64,000 bases of DNA. It comes from Styela clava (taxonomy: Eukaryota). The notes under the pieces are model-generated. The model ran no database searches. It saw only the letters and a program-made list of their open reading frames with translations, and was not told where the DNA came from. Below are positions 1 through 11,800 of the stretch, piece after piece; the first letter of the stretch is position 1, and every line of letters begins with the position of its first letter. Where the stretch lies: assembly GCF_964204865.1 (NCBI RefSeq), contig NC_135253.1, positions 14,198,001 through 14,262,000 of the forward strand, read 5' to 3'. The position numbers and the translations under genes were made by a program.

Positions 1-3000
1 TATTAGCATAACTTTTAGATCTTTCTTGCAACATACATCCAAGTTAATATAAAAAAGAAAATCCTAAATCTTATATCTATATCGTTAAAATATCCTCAAT
101 TGAACAGCGTACTGAATACTTTTTGCTTCCAGTCTTTACTGTGACCCTATAAACGTAAAGAACCAGAAAACTAAATTCTCAATTTCACAATCTCGTGATT
201 TAGATTATTTTTAGGCGTAACAAGGCGTAACAAACCCCGAAGCTATTGTGTGATATTTTCACTTAGCATACACGCGAGAACCGAATAATAATCTGAGTGT
301 GTGACTAATGCTGGCTAAAACATGGCAATCCGTAATAGTTTTATAATATCATGATTTCCAAAAGAAATTGCTCCGCTGAAATTGTTCTACACGAAAAGAC
401 CACAATCTAATAAATTATATTAGATTCATTAGATTTTATTGGAATTTTCCAATAAAATACATTAGGCATATAATTCAGCATATTATGTTAATATTGTCGC
501 AGTATTAAAATAAGATGTCTTTTTTCAATGCCACAGTTAATTAAAAAAATCACTTTAATGTTGTTTGAATGTGGATTCCAACTGTTAAAATTATTTCAAG
601 CTTATTTGAACTCATCAATTCCAAAGTTTGAATAACGCTTTAGTTCTGTCAAGTCAAATTGTATTTTAGCTACATATATAACTAATCCTTAATTTTGACT
701 GAAGGAATTAACCAAATCTTATTTGCAAGTTCACCCAGCCCAAAATATAAATTTGATAAAAACGTTTATTTGTTTAATATTTCTTCCGAAATTCGCAAAT
801 GAAATAACCAACATGATTTAGTAATGAGGTAGTATTTGTGTAGCTGACAACTTCAAACTTGCCCTTAGTTTGTTATTTAATTTTGTATCCGGCTGAATAA
901 CATGTTAGCGAGCTTGGCGATTACTTATTGTAGCTTTTTGAAATTCTTTTTCCACGTTGGAATTTTATCTCCTTAAAATATCACCTCTCTTGTTCTCTTA
1001 GTTTCTTGACGTTTTCTTAGGATTTCATTTTACTTACTAAAAGTCCATCAATGTCAAAGAGTGAGAGCATTGAACGGTAGCACAGCACAAATATTGACTG
1101 CAATAAAATTGTTACTCGATACAAAAGCCGATTTCGTTTTACTGGCCGTAACTGTGCACTTTATACAATTCTCAACATAACAAATATCCCGTCAAGAGCT
1201 ATTAACGTATTGTACTTTTAAAAAATACACAAATTCAACTAAGATAAACAGAAATAAATAGAATATTCTTATTACAGCTTTCTCTGGAAAAATTATCATG
1301 GAACATTTTATCAAAGAATATAATTTTACGAGAGGCTTTTGCTGCGAGCAAGACCTTGGCCAGCAGAGAAGGAGCTAGCTACTATATTTTAAGAGTACGG
1401 GTATCTTTAGGATTCGTTATCAAATATGTTGCATCAGACGTCAGGGATTTGTATTTTATATATTTTTACTTTCGATGTTTTAACTGATCGCAAAGTCTGC
1501 TACAATCAACAGATTCATATGTTGTTTATATTTCATAACTTCAAAAACTATATTACGTTAAAAATCACAGACATAGTTTTGGTTTTTTAAGCAGTAATAT
1601 TCTAAAACAAATAGTGACATGCTTGAAATGCATTGAGTGCACGCACAGTGTGTGACACTACAACACGGACAACTGGATAAAAATTGTTTACCGGGCTGAA
1701 ACTGTACATAAACAAGGCTTCCCTTGTTTTCGAGCATGAATCACATGTAGATAACATACGTAAAAGCAAAAACTGATGATTCAAAAATATGAGTTGCATG
1801 GCTAAGACATTATTGGAGTTAAAAGTCACCAAAAACGATATAAGTACTTTGCATAATAAAATTAAATTCAGGTTTAAGGCCAAACTGCGGCCTATATCTG
1901 GCACAGAATGGTTTCCGATCGGATTACGCAACAATAAATAATAAAAAAAATTGAGTTACCAAAATAAAATCAACTGAAAATTTCAAGTTATACTCAAATA
2001 ATCAGCGCGTTTCCGGTGAACACTGGCAGTCCTAATTAAGTTGGCTTGGCATATTGGACCTCTCTGGTTTAATTCCTATTATAACAGCAATATTTCGAAC
2101 AGACGTCTCCGTAATTTTGTCATATTATTACATTTCTTGTGATTTAAAAATATACTAAGTATCTATGTCCTATGTCCAATCTCTTAACAACAGCCTGTTT
2201 GTCGTCTACATGTATAAATCAAGTCAGAGCCAGTCTTGCAACTTAAAAAAATATATTCATCATGCCAGTTTTTACATACAGGATAATCCTAGGTCTTGAG
2301 TCATTTTGTTTCGGTGACGAGTATATTGCGCCACAATCCCACGAAATGTGGCAATGCAATCCAATTTCTATCATAAAGAGTTGGTATGACTTTTTTTTTT
2401 TGAGAAAAAAATAATACTTCTCACAGTTCGTTTCGTTGTACATGCTTTCTTGGGAATGCGAATGGAAAGGTAAAAGTGTTCACCTTCCATATAGTGCCAT
2501 GGATAAGAAGAAATCTATTTTAAATATATCTTTGAATAAACATTGTCTAATTTTCTGATTATCGCACTGCCGTGCAGACTCACTAATCTTTCCGTAATAA
2601 CGTCTGATTTTTTATAAATCGTTATGTCGATTTCTAAGATGTTTACGTTAACAACACGCACGGCTGTTGAGAACAGTTCTATTTTAAAAGATTATTTTCG
2701 TCGACTGAAACTTAGTGAATGTTAAACCTGCATTAGGACTTATATCGTTTACTAATTGAGTAATCAATATTATAATTCGCTATACTCGATATCATCAATA
2801 ATGATTAAAAATTCGGATCGCCAATAATCAACATTATTGCATCATTTAAATATTAAATGAATCTTGTATCCTTAAAAAAGAAGTTTATCATTTTAAGTTG
2901 TTAAATAAAGTTATCATATGACAAAAGAATTGGCAATGAAATAGAATATTTTTATGAGAGGATTCGAGTAAAATTTGCTCGAAGTCAGACTTTGGACAGC

Positions 3001-6000
3001 AGTCCCATACGCAGAGAGTAAATACGTTAAATGTTCTACTAAAAGACTGAAATGCGCAGAAGAAAGTATTTGAATGCATGCATATGGGGTCATACACTCC
3101 GTGCGGAAATGTAAAGTGATTTATACAGATTGTAAAACTCAATAAGCCTATTGATAGCTGAAAACACTGTTAATAAAATAGTAAATATAAGATGGTTTTT
3201 GAGTCTAACACAATACAATGTACAATTCGTTACAATGCACGAAAGACAAAAACCATTTTGTCATGTCTTGTATTTCAGAATTTAGATATTCGGTGAGTCG
3301 CGTAGGTTCCACGCGGAAAATTTTTACCAGTAAGTCTTCGCTCATTATTATTGAATCCCGTTGAGTAAAAATAATTATGGTTACAATTGTGCGCATTCAA
3401 AACTGTTTAAATTTTAGTCCAGATCTCAAATACCACCAAACTCTATTCCAGATGCATATTTTCAAACCTAACCTTACGATGCTTCGTCTATTTTCACTAT
3501 AAATCGCTTATAGTCAATTTTCAAGTGGGACTTCCCATGCAGAAGTGGTTTCAATACGGACGGATGCGATTAAGCCTATAATAAAGCCCTTTACCCCAAC
3601 AAGATTCGCGTTCTAATTTCCTCTTTGCTACAACAATAGCGTATAACTTGCAATCTAAATTTGCTGCTTAATGACTCGCTGGGCCTTTGACAACAACATG
3701 ACATGCAAAACCGTATGATTATGAGACTGATGGAGGAGCTAAGCACAAGCCAGGTAATTGAACAGGAAGGCATTTGTTTGCGGTTACATATAGGGGAATT
3801 ATGATAGATTCCATCGACGGGTGACACCGTTCAAATAAATGGCAAAATCAGCCTATAAGGAGCTGTTCCTGTTAACTGAAAAATATAGTGGCATACTTCT
3901 AAGAAATAAAAGTTGCAAAATAATGAAAAACAAGCAGTTTACGGCAGCCGTAATTATGTTTATTCATGTTATGACATTTATCTTCTATGTCACATTATAT
4001 AATCATAAATTGAAATAAGTACAAAAGCTGGTCCTGTCCGCCCAAAATATCGGCACGAACAGCATAAACAAGTTTGTATTTATACAGTATTTAACGAGTT
4101 ATCGCAATCACTCGGCATTCACAGGTATGTGTATAAACATATGCTGAAGCTACCTATGATCAGTTTTTTGCAACACAGAGACAAAGACCTAGCCCTCTAA
4201 GAATATTTAGGTTGACTCACAAAGTACATCTAAACTGGAAAACCAAATATCGATGGGGCAAAAGTACATCATGTTCGAATTTACCAAATTAACGTTTGCT
4301 GATTGCTCATCGTAAAAAAGGTACATGCATCTAAAACAATCCACAAAACTATTTACTGTAGTCCTGAATCGGGTCGCATTTCCTGCACTCAATCACACAG
4401 TTTACCCCAAATGCTCGGCTTAGCTTGAAAGCAGCCATTGTGGGAAATTTGAATGATTTGAAAATCTCGAAATCCCTCTTTCCTCGAATATGTACTCTAC
4501 CTTTGTCTCGATTTACATTCAATCCACTATATATTTATATAGACTATGAATGCCATAGAAATTGTACAATATATAAGTTTATTGTTACACAAATTAATAA
4601 TAGAAATAGCTGAGAATAAGCCCGATATAATTGTAGGATTAGGCAAAATTTCAAAAGTAAACTTTTCTACGAAAACAATACAAGTAAAATATTCTCAACA
4701 TAATAAATTTGTTAGTCTATATATGAGCTGAATAAGAAACGACGATAGCGGGCACGGTCCATAGCAAATCTTCTCGTAGGCGAAAGAATTGGTTGAATTT
4801 CAATAAATTTAGACTCGGAAAATCAGCAAGTTATTATTTATTAAATCGAATTAAGACTGTGAAACCAAACCATCGAACTTTCGAGCATAAGCTTATTGCC
4901 TTATAGCCGCAAACAGAAATATCTTTCCTGTCATTTTATTCATACACAATAATTTTTTCCGACCTTAACTTTAAATTATGATACAACTTGTTATTAGAAT
5001 GTTATTGATGAAATTATTATGCAAACCGATAGAAATAACTTCTCGTGGATTTGTCAATTAAGCCCCACTGCTGTATTCAGCACTAAAAATGGAAAATATG
5101 AATTGATTCAGATCTTAGATGGGTACCTAATTGTGTTAGAAATTAGAACAGACTTGCTTTGCAGTATTTATTAAAAGTGCTGAGAAATTCCGTTAATCGA
5201 AGATAAAGTTTGCAGATTTGTGTGAATGGTGCCGTTGTTGCAACTTTGTATGTTGTGAAGATTAGTTCCCTTAATATATATGTTTAGCCTTCAATCGCGT
5301 GAGTGTCGCATCCACGCACGGCATTTTGCGTTTTGTGGGTTCAAATAAAATGGCGTAGTGTTGCTCGTTCAACGTCTAATTCACTCATTCTAAATTTAAA
5401 TTACCGCAGTCGATGAATGCGATGTAACATTTAAATACGTCCCATAAGATTTGAATGGACGCATACGCATTAATATAAATATATACCTAACTATGTACCA
5501 GAAACAGATGCGAGCACGTACGCATTTAAAACCGCTTGTACGTTGAAGATCACAGAACGCGACCTCCTTGACCTGAGTGTGACTTGAACCAGCTGAGGAG
5601 AATTTCGTAGTTGGTGTGAAAATATGAATAAAAGTTTATTTTTAATTCTGTACGAGAGTATTTGGAAAAGTACTCATACTATTAACTAACTCATACTATA
5701 ATTCCAGTAAATGAGCTGCGATTTTATTGTTGTGTACTTCGTGAGTATGAAACGAACTGTGAAATAAAATCTCCGACCGATTACCGAAAATTTACGATTG
5801 ATTTGAAATTGCATCGAATTATGTGGAATTTTACAACAGAACGATAGAGAAATAGCACTAGATAAATATGTCGAAAACGAAATTGTGTCTTCACAGTATA
5901 ATTGAAATATAACTTTGCCTGATAGTTTCAATATATAAACTCACCATTTTAAAAAATGTTCTAATAACGAGAATAAAAACGAGCAAGATGTACGTTCGCT

Positions 6001-8309
6001 GCGAAAATAAGTGCATGGCCACTATTAAAGTTCTATCGCTGAAACTTTAATTGTTTAGCGTTAGCCTATATAGCAGTCTGAACAGTTCCTCATATAAACT
6101 TTCACCACCCTGATACGAAGTCGGCACTATTATTTTTATTTCATCCTAGATTTAAAATGCTTTTTTTCGATACTGATTAACTCAATGTGACATTTCTACA
6201 ATTCGAAAGTTAATTTTCTTGCACGCTTTGTCTTGTACCTGAATACTTACACATTTCTAGATATATCTCAACCATAAATATCATTAACTGGCTTTATCCC
6301 TCCCTATTAATATTTTATATTAAATTATATTGTCGCATCGATTTATTTGACCCGCAAGAAATATATTCTGGAACTTCATTATGCAAAATCAAATGAACAA
6401 TACAATATTATAATTTTCCCAAGGAAATTGCTTTCGTGGAAATTACTGGTCTGATAATATGCCACTTCATTAATAATATCAGGTAAAATGCTATTTAATG
6501 TTACGGGTATAGTAAGTATTAACAATGATAAGCATTTATTTGGAAAAAAAAGTTTTTCCATACCTGCCAGATTTAATCGAAATAATAAATTGTGCAAATG
6601 TACAACAACAGAGCGTTGTTGTGAATGCTGTGTCTGCTTTCGATTTTTAATGTGTGTTTTTTTTCAAAATTTGAATATTTAAAAATCACTGAACAAAATA
6701 TTTTCAAATCAAAAGCATTTTATTGTCTCAAAAGTGTTTTTACACGTTTGATCCGTTAATGACATGATTAATTAGACCATGTCTACCCATCTATTTGGTA
6801 AGAGTTGAACCCGTTTAATGTATATACGGTATACTGTAATCTAAACATCTAAAACTATCTACAAAAGTTACGCTATAATTTCTGAGCACTGTAAAAACTT
6901 ACGGCGGAAGATTCCACATTAGAGGATAAGCAAAGAAAATAATTTCCGATTTGTGCACCACAAAGATTTCTTTCAAATAAACGTCACTCTACCTGTGGGA
7001 AACACTCAAATATTCAACATTCACACGTTGGTCTGATGAGCGTGTACACTGCGTCAATCCCACGCAGACCAATCCGTTTTTTCAATTTGTGGGAGGTCAC
7101 AACACTGATAAGAAATCCGGAAATTACATTGGCTAGCGCGATAAACGCAACAAGGTACCCCCGCATGGACAGTCCGCAACAATCACTTTCCACTAATTAA
7201 TATGTGTATGGAAATCAGTAAAAGATCGGAAAATTCGTACTCTTTTTAGTTAGATATTCGTTGGTCAGGGTATTACTGTATACTACCAACAAATAACGAC
7301 GTTAATACCTGTTTTAATGCCAGTATCTTATATTATAGTATTTGAAACCCGAGCCCTTGCCCTTTGTACGTACTTCATTGATATTTGTTGATGGTAAAAG
7401 TATCGAATATCATCTATTCTAAAGCATATTTTCAAATCTATTTTGGACAGTATGTCATGGAATGACCTAATGGACGTCCAGTTGAACAACTCGGAGAGGA
7501 AAATACAATATATAAATAAATATTCGTCACCAAAGAAAAACTCTTCGCTCCTATGGTTTCCATCCATTGTATAATACGATCACGGAGTTGATCATATTGT
7601 TTCAATGCCTGGTAATATCCTTCGGAATGTCCTTAATAACATTATTGACACATCAAAACGTGACACACAATAAAATTTCGTCAAATCAATTTTTTAAAGT
7701 CAAATTGAGGCGACGCGGTTAAAGAATTTACCATGGTTAAGGTCGACCCACATTCAGATGGCATGGCTATATTATAAAGTCGGCTCAGGTTTTTGCTACG
7801 AATCTCAAAGAGTGGGGTGTGGAACTTCCAGTATTAATATTTCGTTCACAAGAGGGAGGGGAGTAGTGGAGAAAGCTTTCATAATATCTAAAAAAAAAAA
7901 AAAGAGAGCAATGCGAAAAGCCTCATAGCACCAAGTTTGCAGAAAGAACCACGGACAAGCAAAGACGGGGGCGATCGAGCAACAAGGAATAAATAGTGTT
8001 TCTTTTATTATTGACATGCTAATTTAATGCTTCAAATATGTCATAATCCTATTTATATTTTATACAAATACCGTCTTTTTCTCGTACCCCCTTGCGCAGC
8101 GGAGGCCATGGCTACTAGCAAAGGTTCCAATGATCTTCTATGAAAGTACATAAAGGCAATCAAACAAATTTTATGGACAGAAAAGTATTCTGCGACATTA
8201 TAATAGTTTTGACGTACCGATTGACAAATAGAATCTTAAGTGTTTGCTGGGTTCAGAGAGACCTGTCACTGAACGTTGCTAATTATTTGATTTCACATCG
8301 ATGCCGGAA

Positions 8310-8436
8310 TACTGACTGTGTCTCATCATCGCATATAGTCAAAATGCACTTAAGCTTATCCTGAGAGGCATCAATAAATATCAAGAACAATGTAGGCCTA
8401 AGAATAGAACCATGCGGGACTCCAGCATTAATAGAT
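8310..8436 (-). mobile_element. Degenerate non-LTR retrotransposon (LINE) reverse transcriptase fragment
   Basis: The minus strand reads SINAGVPHGSILRPTLFLIFID...ICDD, a decayed GVPQGSILGP-LF-I-IND...YADD signature. No open ORF remains. Confidence 0.7.
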
Positions 8437-8822
8437 CAGGCTTGGGGACTTGGCAAGCAACGTTGACTTGCGACCAGTCGAGAAAGATCTCATGATGGCG
8501 AAAACTTGACCAGATACACCCCACGATTGCTTACTAGTCCAACCCAAACTTATTAATATTCAGAGAAACGGACTTCGTTTCACAGCGGTCATCCACTTAC
8601 ATGTTTTGAGCGCACTTGGTTGGAAATTAGCGGCATTATATCAACGGCAAGGCAATGATCGGGAGCGTTTCATCGGATATGGAGCTAGCACTACATGTGA
8701 CCAGCAGTCTTCGGCGATCGCTTTACTTTGCTTAGAGGTGTGAAAAAAGAACGAATACCAACAGGTTCACAATTGTGTTGTGTTTTATTGCACCGGTTGT
8801 ATATGAAACATGGGTCATAAAA

Positions 8823-11800
8823 TCACAAACATTCGCATGGATTTCCGCATTTATTTTTGTTTTCCCAGAAACGCTTCAAATCATAGGTTGTGTGTTGCGT
8901 TGACACCATCATGTTTGGAAAACAACTATCGTCACATAACCATTGATCGTTCTGAACATAGAAAAGACACATAATAATATAACACACATCCAAGATTACA
9001 GATTGTATTGTACACAGAATAGTATACCTCAAAATGACTCTTCTCAGAAACAACAGCGACCTAGTTTTCGAAAATATGTGGCAAGGATTCTGGGATATAA
9101 GCTATTCCAAATCACACCGTTTTCCCCCTAATCGAATGTATTATAAACGCCGTTCATCAAGGACACGCAGATATATCCGTTTATGGAAATTGAAACCGCT
9201 TGACAACCAGACCAGATGAGGCAAAAATACGAATTTAGTAAAGACATGCCGAGCTCTACGGGAGGGAATGTTGTCTATGATAACATTAGAAATGAAATTA
9301 ACATTTTTCTTAGAAACATTGACAACTACATTATATTCACCTCAACAACCAAGAAATCAAAACTGTTGACAGGAAAGTTCAAATTTTGGAGACAGCAAGA
9401 GCAGCCGAGTCATTTTTATTATTCTTACCTGAATATATTCAACATCTAGAGCAGACATCCATATTCCCATGGATACATCCTCTCCTTGATAAAATTTCAA
9501 GTTTCGACTGTTAATAGCCAAATACTTGGAAATATTCGACGAAATTATGTTGCCAGCACCACATGCATATGCAGGATAAACAGAGGCAGTATATTGATAT
9601 TCAGCCCATTTTCCCCATCTATCAACAATCCAATCCCTGCGAAAATTCCCCAACCATATTCCAAGTCCATAGCGTGGCTCCTCCTCTATTTGTTTAACAA
9701 GCTAAAAACATATTTTTCAATCATTACCCACATTTCAAGAACACGATAACCAAAAGGATAACTATGATGGCATTGTACAATATCGAATTTGGTTTGAGTC
9801 ATGCTCCTGATCAAGTACCCATTAAGCAAGTTTTCGGAACACCTATGATTTGAACTATCCGAATTCACGAATAGCAGATCTTTTTCAACATTGTATGAAA
9901 CGCTATCAATTAGAGTTAGACACTCGCACAGTGATTACTCATATATTCATTATTTTGAGTCATGTATGTTTGGAACTAACAACACACCTTATAAATCTTT
10001 CCAATATCAACATATGAATCATCGTCTGTTTTCATGATAAAATCAGCATTCAAACTTCTTGCCACATACTGATGAAAACTAATAAGTTTCCTTGGAACAT
10101 TCCTATAAGTCTCTATAATATCAGCACCATCAATATCAGGAACGATCAAAATATCATCATGTTCTTGAATCTCTTGCTTTATTTTTTTATCAGTTTCAAA
10201 TATGTGTTGCTGTTTTTCAGAATAAGCAGATTCTTCGTTTTGTACATACTTCCTCAATTGTGTAATATCTGAAATAAGATTGTAATAATACATACGGTAG
10301 ATCAAAATGCAAATAGGATATTTATTGAGAGTTGATAAACCGGTTTTTATTTGTGGTAAATCAAGGTCAATCGTCCAGAATGGGTATGGGAATAGTTATT
10401 TCACTTGTGTCCGAGTAGCATTATTATGAAGACGAAACTGGTCACATCACCATGCGGGGGCGAGGAGTTCAGCGATCCCCTCACAGATGAGTTGACCCAT
10501 GAATTAAACCTGTGAATCTCACTATTAAAAAATTTTTAGGTTTTGCAATCAAATGCTATTTAGTAATGAAAATCCGAACCCCAAATACAATCTGATTAAG
10601 TAGGTAGAAAGAAATTAAGTAATCTTCCTAGATGAGCAATAACTCACCTGCAAATTCTATTATTAAAGATGCAGGCAATATCATATTTTCAAGTGTCACA
10701 GGCAAGATATGAATTGGAAAATCTCCTTTCTTCAGTGAATAACAAATGATCTAAATATGTAAATTTGACATCTAATTTGAATAAAAATAATAAACTGATG
10801 GCTAAAATTGGTTCATAAGATTAGCAATACGCTAAAACATCATAAAGAGTTCCAATCATTGCAGGGTATCAAGAATAAACTTGAAATAGGTTATAGTTAA
10901 CTAAAATTAATGATTCTTCCATCAGCTTATTATTGAATTAAGGAGGACAATGAGTCAAAGATTAAAAACACAATTGAATGAAATTTCATATTCACTGGAG
11001 TGATATGATCAGATGCAAGTAGGAAATACAAGTACAGTATATAACACACTTTAAATTGCAACTAATATTGAATAAATGTTATCTTGATATGTTTCAATAT
11101 TTTAGAGTTATGGATCCATATTGAAATATGCAATTCAAAACTAGGTCTGCATGTTCACTCAAGGTAGTACAACTTACTTAATTATGGGCTGATATAAACA
11201 AACAGCAACAAGCCCATTGAGTTCTCATCAAATAACTTACAGGACTTATCTTTATAGCGGGATGAAACGAATGCCTTTGAAACCAACTCTTCACACCAAC
11301 ACATGATTTTTGCCTATCGCATACAACAACTAAAGATCCAAGAAATCCTTTCGGTAATAAATGAGGGTGGAAACCATATTTGTATATGTTAGATGTATTG
11401 TCACGATGTGGATCTCTTGCTTCAACAACAAGACTCTGTATATATAAAAATTGAGAGAACAAGTTATTGATATTGATTATATAGAACACAGAGAAACATG
11501 TAAAAAATACAGGCAAATAAAATAATGGTTTTCTCAGGTCAAATTTACCATTGTGCAAATAACCATGCAAAGGTATAAATAGAAATATACTTGAAAGTTC
11601 GTAAAAATATTTGTTTCAAATCAAAATTTGGAGCTCATGCTATCGAATGTCACTTGTCCTGATATTTAATATATTTGAAATCAATCTGTGATATGATAAG
11701 GCTTGAACCCAACCTGATTAAGTTATTTTTGTGGGTACAATATTTCCGCTGATTACATGATGCGATGATTAGGCTTATGTTATTCCAAAAAAGTTTTGGT

